43,850 nucleotides of DNA from assembly GCA_025963425.1 (NCBI GenBank), contig JAOPUQ010000009.1, positions 1 to 43,850 of the forward strand. The letters are read 5' to 3'. The DNA is from Modestobacter sp. (GTDB lineage: Bacteria; Actinomycetota; Actinomycetes; Mycobacteriales; Geodermatophilaceae). How positions within the stretch are numbered: the first letter of the stretch is position 1; each line of letters starts with the position of its first letter. Below the pieces are notes generated by a model that saw nothing but the letters and a program-made list of their open reading frames with translations, ran no database searches and was not told the origin of the DNA. The position numbers and the translations under genes are program-made. Below, piece after piece: positions 7,787 through 16,913 of this stretch.

Positions 7787-10339
7787 CTAGGCCTCCGCCG
7801 CCACCACATCGAACAGCCGGACGTGCAACAGATACTCCCCCTCCCAGGTGAGCGGCCCGGTCAGCCGGATGCGCCCACCGGTGCCGGGCGCCTCCACCGT
7901 CTCCGACAGCGCCGCGAAGGCCGCTTCCTCGTCCGGCTCGACGGCGCGGGGCGCGGCCGCCCGGCGGTCCCATTGGATCTTCTGGCCCGCGGTGAGGGGG
8001 ACGAGCCGCACGGCCGGCCGGTGGCCGGCCGGCACCAGGTAGAGGCCGTTCTGCCGTGACTGCACCGCCCCGTCCAGCGACACCTCGAACCCGCGGATGC
8101 GGTAGCTCCCGTTCACCATGGCGCCGAACTGCTCGAGCCAGCGCTCCAGCGGCGGCAGCGCCTCGCCCTCGAAGAAGACCGTCGCGGTCGACGCCTCGGC
8201 ATCGGGAATGGGGTCGACACCCCCCACGCCCTCCAGGCTCAGCAACGCCTCGTGGGCTGCTCCCCAGCAGGCCCCGATGCCGTAGGGGCAGGTGCTCAGG
8301 ATCCCGACCACCGTGGGGATTCCCCGGGTCGCCTCCCGGACCGCTGCCCGCAGGGTGAGGGCGTCCTCGCGGGGCGCCTCGGCATGCGCCTGCACTGCTG
8401 CACGTGGCCCGTCCGCCTCCCGGGTGGGCACGGCGCGGCGAGCGGGGGCCGTGAGCTGGACGAACCGCGCCCTGGAAGGAACGCCCTGCTCGTTGAGCAG
8501 GAACAGCATGTAGAAGCCCGGCGGGCAGTCGTCGGGTGACGCCGGCGCCGTCACACGCAGGGTCCCGCCCCGTACCTCGTGGGCCAGGAACACGATGCGC
8601 TGGTGCATGTTGGTGCCGTGCGTGACCGACGACGGCGCCAGCAGGCTCACCCTCGTCACCGCGGCCACGTCGGGGCAGGTCACCTCGAACGTCTGGCCGT
8701 AGTCGACCGCCCCGGGCGCCGAGGTGATCTCCGGGCGGGCGCCGGCGAACAGGTACGGCGGCGAGAAGACCTGCGCGTCCCGATGGCTGTCGGCCGGATC
8801 ATTCTCCTGGTCCACGCCGCTCACCGGGCGGTACTCACCGCCGCCGGCGCTGAGTACCCGACCGTCCGGCAGCAGCACGGTCGTCGAGTGGTAGCAGCGG
8901 TCCACCCGCTCTGCCGTGAGCTCGGTCCACTGCCGGTTCGCCGGATCCCACAGCTCCGTGGTGTGCACCGGCCGGCCCGGCGTCAGGTCGTTGAACCCCG
9001 GCGCAGCGACATCCGGCCCGTCCCCGCCGCTGGTGCCTCCCGTGACGAGCACGGTCCCGTCCGGCAGGAGCGTGGCGTTGTGCTGGCGACGCCCCGTGTG
9101 CATCGGGGCGGCCTCGGCCCACTGCGGCGCGGCGGCGTGCACGTCCATCGTCCGTACCGCCGCCGTCGGCTCGTGCGTTCCCGGGTCGTTGCCGCCGCCG
9201 ATGTAGAGGAACTTCCCCGGCGCGTACTCGACGGACGGCGCGTAGTCCCGCAGGCCGTTGTTCCGCACTGCACCCCGTGTCCACCGGCCGCGGCCCCGGG
9301 GATCCAGCCACCAGCCCTGCGCCCGCGGCCCGGACATCAGGACGCTGTCCCCGGTGTGGGCGTGCATCCGCGGATAGAGATCGAACGAGCTGCCGTCGGG
9401 CAGGGACGCCAGCTCGGCCCATGAGCCGTCCCGCCACACCTGCGGGACCATGTTCGGCAGGATCTGGCCGTTGGCGAGGTACTGGCCGGAGAGCACGAGC
9501 ACACCGCCGTCGACCAGCGTGGTCGCCGTCGGGTACCACCGGCCGTGGTTCATGACCGACGTGGCCGACCAGGTGTTGGTCCGGTGGTCATACAGCGCAG
9601 CCTGGTCGAGGCCCTGGCTGTCCTTCCAGTGGCCGCCGACGACCAGCAGCCGGCCGTCGGGCAGGAAGCTGTGCCCGGAGCAGAAGAGGTTGATCGGGGT
9701 CCCGTCGGCCATGGTGGGCTTCGGCGTCTCCTGCACGTTTCCCGTGGCGGGGTCCCACACGAACGGCGTGCACTCGTGGACGTCGAGGGACTGGTCGGCC
9801 CGGTCCCGCCGCCCCCACATCAGGACCCTGCCGTCGGGCAGCAGGTGCGCGTGGACCGCCACGTTGGGCAACGGGAACACCGGGCCCCACAGGCCCTTCT
9901 GCGCGCTGGACTCGACGGGGAAGGTGAACGGCGTCGCCTGCGCCGCCGCCTCGTCCGCGGTCGTGGCCGACGTCGCGCCGGCCGCGTGCACGAACGTCGT
10001 CGCGTGGTCGTCGTAGGCGACCCGCAGGTAGTACTGGACGACGTCGCCGACGGCGAAGGTGTCCGCCGCCAGGGTGGCTGCGAAGTACTTGTTGTTGTCG
10101 GCGGTGCTGGCGAAGAGCAGCGGAGCCGACGTCCACCCGGCGTCCGAGCGGCGCCGGAAGAAGACGCTGCTGCCGGCCTGCAGCTGGTTGCCCGGATTCC
10201 CGTCGCCTCGGAACTGGTTGCCCGAGAGGATCGTCACGTCCGCGCCCGGCACCACGGCGCCGACGGGGTCACGCATGCCGGCGTGGCCGCGCGGCTCGGG
10301 GCTCAGCGGCAGGTGCCAGGCGTTGCCGAGCTCGGCCAT
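7787..10339 (-). CDS. Galactose-oxidase-like copper radical oxidase (AA5-type): N-terminal beta-rich domain, kelch propeller, DUF1929, C-terminal CPYGxxAC domain
   Basis: Active-site motifs FCSGH (Cys), RWYPT (Tyr), RCYHST (Tyr-His), SVTHG (His); kelch repeats LLPDGRVL; PPYLF; CPPGFYMLFLL. No signal peptide. Confidence 0.93.
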   Translation of the reverse strand: MAELGNAWHLPLSPEPRGHAGMRDPVGAVVPGADVTILSGNQFRGDGNPGNQLQAGSSVFFRRRSDAGWTSAPLLFASTADNNKYFAATLAADTFAVGDVVQYYLRVAYDDHATTFVHAAGATSATTADEAAAQATPFTFPVESSAQKGLWGPVFPLPNVAVHAHLLPDGRVLMWGRRDRADQSLDVHECTPFVWDPATGNVQETPKPTMADGTPINLFCSGHSFLPDGRLLVVGGHWKDSQGLDQAALYDHRTNTWSATSVMNHGRWYPTATTLVDGGVLVLSGQYLANGQILPNMVPQVWRDGSWAELASLPDGSSFDLYPRMHAHTGDSVLMSGPRAQGWWLDPRGRGRWTRGAVRNNGLRDYAPSVEYAPGKFLYIGGGNDPGTHEPTAAVRTMDVHAAAPQWAEAAPMHTGRRQHNATLLPDGTVLVTGGTSGGDGPDVAAPGFNDLTPGRPVHTTELWDPANRQWTELTAERVDRCYHSTTVLLPDGRVLSAGGGEYRPVSGVDQENDPADSHRDAQVFSPPYLFAGARPEITSAPGAVDYGQTFEVTCPDVAAVTRVSLLAPSSVTHGTNMHQRIVFLAHEVRGGTLRVTAPASPDDCPPGFYMLFLLNEQGVPSRARFVQLTAPARRAVPTREADGPRAAVQAHAEAPREDALTLRAAVREATRGIPTVVGILSTCPYGIGACWGAAHEALLSLEGVGGVDPIPDAEASTATVFFEGEALPPLERWLEQFGAMVNGSYRIRGFEVSLDGAVQSRQNGLYLVPAGHRPAVRLVPLTAGQKIQWDRRAAAPRAVEPDEEAAFAALSETVEAPGTGGRIRLTGPLTWEGEYLLHVRLFDVVAAEA

Positions 10340-10443
10340 GTCCCGTCCCTTCGATGAGGCGCTGCAGACGGACCGGGCCCGGACGGCTCCGTCCTCGGTT
10401 CCTCGCCGGTCTGGGTGCCGGCCCTACAGCCGATCCCGGGATG

Positions 10444-11946
10444 TCAGTGCAGCTCGCCCGTCGCCATCGCCAGCAGGGCCGGGATGGACGGCGTCACGGC
10501 GAAAAGGCTGCCCTGGGTCCGGACGAACCTGCGCAACTCCGGCAGCTCCGTGGTGGCGCCGCCGTCGGCGTGGAGGACGACCTTGCCGTCCACGCCGATG
10601 ACAGGGTCGGGACCGTCGGACCTGTCCGGGAAGTCGGCGTTGTTGACCCAGTACCTCTGCAGGAACTGGAACTGGTCCTCGATGCTCGCCTGGTAGCAGG
10701 CGAACACCAGGCCGCGCTCGCTGTCGATGCCGTGGCCGCGCCCGGCCGTCGGGTCGAATGCGGGCCCGAAGGGGATGCCGCGCCGCAGGATCCGGTGCTT
10801 GTTCGACTCCTCCTCCCCCACCGACGGCGGCGGCGCCTTGCGGGGATAGACCTTGCGGATGTGCGCGAAGCGCGGGCAGCGCAGGCCGTCGGCGTCGCTC
10901 TCGAACTCGAAGTCGTTGTCCTCCGTGCGCTGCCGGCCGCCGCGGATGTCCCTGTCCGGCGCCTTGTCCACCGGCGTGCCGCTGCGCCACCGCCCGACGA
11001 ACCGCGCGGCCAGGGCATCAGGCGACAGCCGCTGACGTTCCTCGTCGGTCATCCCCTCGTGGGTCCGTTCGACCTGCGACCACCAACCGGGGACGTCCTG
11101 CGCCAGGCGGCGGATGACGAGGAAGCTGCCGTCGAACAGCCACTCGGGAACCTTGCGGAACCGGCCGTCCTGGCCCGGATAACCGAGGACGAACTCACCG
11201 GCAGCGACGAGGTCGGTGCCGGGCTTGCCGTCGACCTGCTCGGGGTCATCGGGGTCGGCCGGATCGAAGCCGGTGACGCCGGGCTGGGAGATGCCGTCCT
11301 TGAACCCGAAGTGCTCCTGCCCTTTGTGCGGCCCGGGCAGGGTCGCCCCGGCCTGCTCGAAGACCACCAGCAGACCGTGGCGGGCCGCGTTCTCCCGCTG
11401 CCGCTGGACCTCCACGGTCAGGTCGTCGGACCGGTCGGCCGTGACGGTGAGCACCACGTGGATCTGCTGGTCGGAGCGGCCGAACACCCAGTTCTCCGGC
11501 CCCGAGTCGCCCGTGTCACCGAGCTCGTCGGCAGAGGCCGCGGCACCGTCCAGGAACAGCTGGCCTCCCGGGTCGACGCCGTCGGCCCGCAACTGCTCCG
11601 CCGCGTCCGGCGCCAGCACCACCAGGCCCGGCGCCGTGAGGCTCACGCTGACCCAGACGGCGGACAGGTGCTCGGGATCGCTGCCGCTCAGGCGCAGCGC
11701 CCTCGAGTAGGCCTGGTTGAACGTGGCCACCTGCGCGGTCGTGGCGATGCGCGGCAGTGTCCCGTGCAGCCACGCCCGCCCCTGCTCGGCCGAGGGGAGC
11801 TGCAGGAAGAGCATCGTCTGGACGTCCTTGTTGAAGGCCGCCAGCACGTTGCCCTGGATGGCCGTGGAGGTGCGGAGTTCGTCACCTTGCGCGGCCGGCC
11901 GGGGGCCCGGTAGGTCCGGAGCCGGCCTGTCCTGGGTGAGGGTCAC
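10444..11946 (-). CDS. DyP-type peroxidase 2
   Basis: IQGNVL, EHFGFKDGISQP, FLVIRRLAQDV, AHIRKVYPR, ILRRGIPFG, QFQFLQ..W. AGGAG RBS. No signal peptide. Confidence 0.95.
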   Translation of the reverse strand: MTLTQDRPAPDLPGPRPAAQGDELRTSTAIQGNVLAAFNKDVQTMLFLQLPSAEQGRAWLHGTLPRIATTAQVATFNQAYSRALRLSGSDPEHLSAVWVSVSLTAPGLVVLAPDAAEQLRADGVDPGGQLFLDGAAASADELGDTGDSGPENWVFGRSDQQIHVVLTVTADRSDDLTVEVQRQRENAARHGLLVVFEQAGATLPGPHKGQEHFGFKDGISQPGVTGFDPADPDDPEQVDGKPGTDLVAAGEFVLGYPGQDGRFRKVPEWLFDGSFLVIRRLAQDVPGWWSQVERTHEGMTDEERQRLSPDALAARFVGRWRSGTPVDKAPDRDIRGGRQRTEDNDFEFESDADGLRCPRFAHIRKVYPRKAPPPSVGEEESNKHRILRRGIPFGPAFDPTAGRGHGIDSERGLVFACYQASIEDQFQFLQRYWVNNADFPDRSDGPDPVIGVDGKVVLHADGGATTELPELRRFVRTQGSLFAVTPSIPALLAMATGELH

Positions 11947-12050
11947 GGGATGCTCCTGAGAACTGGGGTGTCAGGTCGGGCGAGCGATCTTCCGGACTCC
12001 TTGCTGACGGGACGCCATGAGCGCTACAGGGCCGCACCCATCCAATCGCC

Positions 12051-12063
12051 GCAGTGTCACTGC
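12051..12063. promoter_or_regulatory. Inverted repeat GCAGTG-T-CACTGC upstream of DyP2, possible operator
   Basis: Perfect 6+1+6 palindrome about 105 bp upstream of the DyP2 start, overlapping the first of three GTCAC copies (12056, 12067, 12076). Confidence 0.35.
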
Positions 12064-12084
12064 CCCGTCACCCTCGTCACCGGA

Positions 12085-12621
12085 CTACTCGCCGGTGAGC
12101 CCGTCCACCGATTCCCGGAGGAGGTCGGCGTGGCCGTTGTGCCGGGCGTACTCCTCGATCATGTGGACCACGATCCAGCGCAGGCTGGGCGAGTTCCCGT
12201 CCGGCCAGGCCTGCCGGGCCAGCCGCTCCAGGCCGCCGTCGGCCAGCGCCTCCGCGATCAGCGAGTGGGAACGGGCCACGGCGTCCTGCCAGAGCGCATG
12301 GAGCTGCTCAGGGGCGTCCTCGGCGGCCGAGTGCCAATCCCAGACGGGGTCCTGCCAGTCCACCGTGTCCCACGGGGGCTGCGGGTCCCGGCCGTGCAGT
12401 CGGCGGCCGAACCAGTGGTCCTCGACGTAGCCCAGGTGCTTCAGCAAGCCACCCAGGGTCATCGACGAGGTGCCGACGGTCGCGCTGAGACCGGCTGCGT
12501 CCAGTCCCCCGCACTTCCACGCGAATGTCGCGCGCTGGAAGTCCAGGAAGCCCAGGAGGGTGGCGGTCTCGTCGCCGGCGAGGGGAGGTTCGGGGCGGCC
12601 CTGCTCGTCCAGGTCGGTCAT
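12085..12621 (-). CDS. DinB / DUF664 family protein
   Basis: FLDFQRATF.WKC.GL, MTLGGLLKHL..VE..WF, SLRWIVVHMIEEYARHNGHADLLRE. TAGATT -10 box 8 nt before ATG 12621 suggests a leaderless or near-leaderless mRNA. Confidence 0.92.
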   Translation of the reverse strand: MTDLDEQGRPEPPLAGDETATLLGFLDFQRATFAWKCGGLDAAGLSATVGTSSMTLGGLLKHLGYVEDHWFGRRLHGRDPQPPWDTVDWQDPVWDWHSAAEDAPEQLHALWQDAVARSHSLIAEALADGGLERLARQAWPDGNSPSLRWIVVHMIEEYARHNGHADLLRESVDGLTGE

Positions 12622-12714
12622 GGGCGGCGAATCTAGCGACGGGACGACGTCGAAGGCCACCACTCGGTGGGACGCAGCCCGGGGCGCGACCGACGCCGTG
12701 CGCCGCCAGGCGGG

Positions 12715-12873
12715 TCACTGGGTGGGTTCGTCCTCCGCGCCCATTGCTTCGTCCACGGAGGTCTCGCCACTGGTGCGGCCACCGCCGGACTGTCGGACGT
12801 CCTTGCCGGTGCTGGCTTGCGAGCTCTCGTCCTCGTCGACGGACGGGCGCGGCTGATTCGGCTGCTCGGTCAT
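12715..12873 (-). CDS. Small acidic hydrophilic protein (52 aa)
   Basis: GAGGAGG RBS before ATG; MTEQPNQPRPSVDEDESSQ...SVDEAMGAEDEPTQ. Confidence 0.6.
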   Translation of the reverse strand: MTEQPNQPRPSVDEDESSQASTGKDVRQSGGGRTSGETSVDEAMGAEDEPTQ

Positions 12874-13164
12874 CAGGACCTCCTCGTGGTGCTCGTGCAC
12901 CGGAGCCGCTGCTGTGCCCGTCGCGCTGTGCTGACGGTGCGAGCGACCCGACCGAGGGGTTCCCGGCGACAGGTGGCTCAACCCTGATCCGGACGCGACC
13001 CTCGGCCGCCGGGCCTCCGCGTCGCGGCGCCGCGCCGGCCGGACCCCTTCCCCCGGGAGCGGCAGCGCGGAATGCTCCGGTCCACGACCGGGCGCTGCCC
13101 GAGCCGCCGCTGTCACCACGGGGACCTCCGCGCCGACCGAGCGCGTCCGACGAGTGGAGAGACG

Positions 13165-14592
13165 ATGAGCGAGTCCACAGCGACGATGGATCCGACCTTC
13201 TACCGCAGCCCGAGCGAGGCGATCGAGGCGCCGCGGGAGGAGTTGGCCTACGTGGTCGCCTTCGACCGCGCGGGGCAGCGGGCGGACGCACTCACCGTGA
13301 TCGACGTCGACCCCGGGTCGGCCGGGTACGGCCGCGTGGTCGGTTGGTCCGACCTGCCGACCGTCGGCGACGAGTTGCACCACTTCGGCTGGAACGCCTG
13401 CTCCAGCGCCCTGAAGCACGAGGGGCACGACATGGGCGGCGACGGCCTCCAGCGCCGCTACCTGCTCCTGCCGGGCCTGCGCAGCTCGCGCATCCACGTC
13501 TACGACACCCAGCCCGACCCCCGTTCCCCCCGGCTGCACAAGACCATCGAGGCCGGTGAGCTGGCGGGCAAGGCCGGCTACTCACGGCCGCACACGCTGC
13601 ACTGCGGGCCGGACGGCGTCTTCCTCACCTGCCTGGGCAGCGGGAACGGCGCCGGTGCCGACGGTCCGGGCGGCATCGCGTTGCTCGACCACAGCACATT
13701 CGACGTGCTGCGGGCGTGGGAGACCGACCGGGGCCCGCAGTACCTGGCCTACGACGCCTGGTGGCACCTCAACCAGAACACGCTGATCTCCAGCGAGTGG
13801 GGCACCCCGTCCATGATCGAGGACGGCCTGGTGCCCGAGCTGCTGCTCGGCCAGAAGTACGGCCACCGCCTGCACTTCTGGGACCTCGCCACGGGCACCA
13901 ACCGGACGACGGTCGACCTCGGCGCCGAGCACCAGATGGTGCTGGAGCTGCGGCCCTCCCACGACCCCGAGGCGACGTGGGGGTTCGCCGGCGTCGTGAT
14001 CTCCACGGCCGACCTCTCCGCCTCGGTGTGGCGCTGGCACCGCGAGGGCACCGAGTGGCAGGTCGACAAGGTCATCACCATCCCGGCCGAGCCGGCCGAC
14101 CCCGCGGACCTCCCGCCGGCCCTGCAGCCGTTCGCCGCCGTCCCGCCACTGGTCAGCGACATCGACCTGTCCGTCGACGACCGGATGCTGTACGTCTCCT
14201 GCTGGGGCACCGGTGAGCTCAAGCAGTTCGACGTCTCCGACCCCGCCCAGCCCCGCGAGGTCGGATCGGTCCACCTCGGCGGGATCGTCCGCCGCGCGGC
14301 GCACCCGGCCGCGCCGTCGGAGCCGCTGGGCGGGGGCCCGCAGATGGTGGAGATCAGCCGGGACGGCCGGCGCATCTACCTGACCAACTCGCTGTACGGC
14401 ACCTGGGACGACCAGTTCTACCCCGACGGCGTCGGGGCCTGGATGGCGAAGATCGACACCGACCCAGCCACCGGCGGGCTCACCATGGACGAACGATTCT
14501 TCCCGCACGGCGATGAGTTCCGCGGTCTCCGGGTGCACCAGGTACGCCTGCAGGGAGGGGACGCGTCCTCCGACTCCTACTGCTACCGCTGA
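13165..14592 (+). CDS. Selenium-binding protein SBP56 family (methanethiol oxidase-like)
   Basis: DELHHFGWNACSS, RPHTLHC, SSEWG, GGPQMVEISRDG.RIYLTNSLY..WDDQFYP, GGDASSD. Confidence 0.95.
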   Translation: MSESTATMDPTFYRSPSEAIEAPREELAYVVAFDRAGQRADALTVIDVDPGSAGYGRVVGWSDLPTVGDELHHFGWNACSSALKHEGHDMGGDGLQRRYLLLPGLRSSRIHVYDTQPDPRSPRLHKTIEAGELAGKAGYSRPHTLHCGPDGVFLTCLGSGNGAGADGPGGIALLDHSTFDVLRAWETDRGPQYLAYDAWWHLNQNTLISSEWGTPSMIEDGLVPELLLGQKYGHRLHFWDLATGTNRTTVDLGAEHQMVLELRPSHDPEATWGFAGVVISTADLSASVWRWHREGTEWQVDKVITIPAEPADPADLPPALQPFAAVPPLVSDIDLSVDDRMLYVSCWGTGELKQFDVSDPAQPREVGSVHLGGIVRRAAHPAAPSEPLGGGPQMVEISRDGRRIYLTNSLYGTWDDQFYPDGVGAWMAKIDTDPATGGLTMDERFFPHGDEFRGLRVHQVRLQGGDASSDSYCYR

Positions 14593-14627
14593 CCCCTGGC
14601 GCAGCAGTCGGCGAGCAGCACGGGACG

Positions 14628-15831
14628 TCACTCGCCGGGCGGCGCGTCCGGGCTCCCCTGTGCCTCCGGGACGGGCGGCTCCGGCCGCTGCAGGGCGACG
14701 GCCGGTGCGGGCAGCAGGAGCACGGTGAGCACACCGGCGCCCACCAGCGCCGCGGCGTTCTCCCGCAGCATCCGTCCCGTTCCGCACGCCGATCTCGGCC
14801 AGGGCCACGAGCACGGGCAGCGCCGTCGCCGTCACCACGGCAGTCTGTGTGCGCTCGCGCCGGCTCAGCACGCCTCGGTACACCAGCAACGCAGGCAGAC
14901 CGCGGACCGCGAGCATCCGCAGGAAGAACAGGACGACGCGCAGCGGGGCCTGGCCCATGGAGTGCAGGTCGAGGCTCATCCCCGAGTACACGAAGAAGAC
15001 CGGGATGAAGAACCCGTAACCGACGGCGTCCAGCTTGGCGTCCAGGACGGGCGCGGTCCGTCCCGCCCAGCGGCGGAGAACGACGCCGGCGAGGAAGGCG
15101 CCGAGCACGGCGTCCAGGTGGACCCGGCCGGTGACGGCGATCAGCATGAGCAGCAGCAGGATCGCTCCGCGCAGCGTGATCTGGGCGGTCTCGTGCTGGC
15201 CGCGGGAGATGACCGAGGCCAGCCGGCCCCCGGGCCGCACCAGCCGTGAGCCCAGACTCAGCGCCCCGGCCAGGACCGCGACGCCGCCGAGCGAGAGAAG
15301 GGCGATGAACCGGTTCTGCGCTCCGAGGAACACCGCGATCGCCAGGACCGGGAACAGCTCCCCCACCGCCCCCGCCGCCATCAGGTGGCCGCCGAGGCGG
15401 CCGCGCAGCAACCCCCGCTCCCGCAGCACGGGCAGCAGGGTCCCGAGCGCAGTCGTCGTCAGCCCCAGGGCGACCGGCACGAACGCACGGACGATCCCCA
15501 CGGCCGCGAGAACTCCCACCACGCCGAGGGCGAGCACGACCGACACCAGCCACGCGGCTACCGCTCGTCGGCCGGCGTCCTGGCCGAACAGCCGCAGGTC
15601 GACTTCGTAGCCGGCCAGCAGGAACACGAAGCCCACACCGACGTCGGCCAGAACCTGGACATCACCCGACGTGCCCAGGCCGAGGACGTGCGGGCCGATC
15701 AGGATCCCCCCGGCCAGGAGCAGGACCACCTGCGGTAGCCGGAGCCATGGCAGCAGCCCGACGACCAGCGGAGCCAGCAGCGCGGCGACGGCGACGGCGA
15801 CCAGGGAGGCCACCCCGATCGAACCGTCCAC
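14628..15831 (-). CDS. Cation:proton antiporter (CPA2/Kef-type), with a +1 frameshift near 14772
   Basis: GILIGPHVLG, FLLAGYEVD, TTALGTLLPVL, LGAFLAG, GFFIPVFF. The last TM (MLRENAAALVGAGVLTVLLLP) continues in another frame after NGT. Confidence 0.85.
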
Positions 15832-16027
15832 CCGGTCCCCGTCCTCCGCGCCTGGTCCGGCGTGGCCCGGAGTCTGCCCACCTCCGGGTGCCCGGTCCAG
15901 GGTCCGCCGAGACCACCGCCCACCGGGTCGGCTCCGGGGACAGGGCCCACGCCCCGACCCGCGCCCTCGGCCGGTTGACAGCTGCAGGACGATCGGGACG
16001 TGGCCGTCGGTCCAGGCGGGAGGACCG

Positions 16028-16786
16028 GTGTCGGGCATCGATCCGGAGCTCGTCCCGGTGCTGGGAGGACGCCGCGCGCTCGTTGCCTGCATGCTGGCGG
16101 CGTTCCTGGTGACCTTCCTGGCCACCCGATTGATCACCCGGGCGATCCGGCGCGGGGGCGGGCCGTTCCGTGACGCGAGCGTCGGCGGCGTCCACCTGCA
16201 CCACGAGGTGTATGGGATCTTCCTGCTGCTGGGCACCGGAACGGCGGAGTTCACCTACCGGCCCGGGCCGCCATGGGTGTACCTGCTCGCCGGCCTGTTC
16301 GGGGCCGGGGCGGCCCTGACCCTCGACGAGTTCGCGTTGTGGCTGCGCCTGGAGGACGTGTACTGGACCCGGGAGGGCCGCAGCTCCATCGACGCCGTCC
16401 TCATCGCGCTGATCGTCGGCGGTTTGCTGCTGGTGGGCGCCAATCCCTTCGACGGGGACGAGGCCGCCGGCGAGCTGCCCTTCGCGATGGTGATCGCCGT
16501 CAACCTCGTGTTCGCGCTCGTCACCATCCTCAAGGGCAGGGTCGTGGTCGGGGTGATCGGGGTGTTCCTGCCGGTGGTCTCGGTCGTCGGAGCGGTCCGG
16601 CTGGCCCGGCCCCGCTCACCCTGGGCCCGCCGGCGATATCCGCCCGGCTCGGGCCGCTGGCGGCGGTCTCACGCCCGGTTCCCGACCGGCCGACGGACCC
16701 GCTGGGACGCGTTGGTGGACCTCTTCGCCGAGGTGCCGCCACCGCAACGGCCGGGTGTGGTGGGCGCCCCGGACCGCGAGCGCTAG
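16028..16786 (+). CDS. Conserved actinobacterial integral membrane protein (HLHH motif)
   Basis: GGAGG RBS; FLATRLITR, GGVHLHHEVYG, LTLDEFALWL.LEDVYW..EGR.SIDAV, GAVRLARP.SPWA. Confidence 0.85.
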   Translation: MSGIDPELVPVLGGRRALVACMLAAFLVTFLATRLITRAIRRGGGPFRDASVGGVHLHHEVYGIFLLLGTGTAEFTYRPGPPWVYLLAGLFGAGAALTLDEFALWLRLEDVYWTREGRSSIDAVLIALIVGGLLLVGANPFDGDEAAGELPFAMVIAVNLVFALVTILKGRVVVGVIGVFLPVVSVVGAVRLARPRSPWARRRYPPGSGRWRRSHARFPTGRRTRWDALVDLFAEVPPPQRPGVVGAPDRER

Positions 16787-16913
16787 GTCACAGCGGGCCG
16801 GATCCGCGGCGAGGGTGGCCGGGCAACCGGCTCCGCGCTCTCGTGCGGCAGCCGGCGCTCGGCCAGGCGCTCGAGCAGGCCGGCGCCGAGCTTCACGACG
16901 AGCGTGTCCTTCC

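Noticed and set aside
6268-11946. DyPs as encapsulin cargo or Tat-exported enzymes
   Set aside because: Neither C-terminus has a GSLxIGSL-type cargo peptide, neither N-terminus has a twin-arginine signal, and no encapsulin gene is present.
13582-16254. 890-aa ORF suggesting a giant antiporter fusion
   Set aside because: Only 14628-15831 is antiporter; the rest is antisense shadow of SBP56 and the membrane-protein gene, opened by a frameshift.
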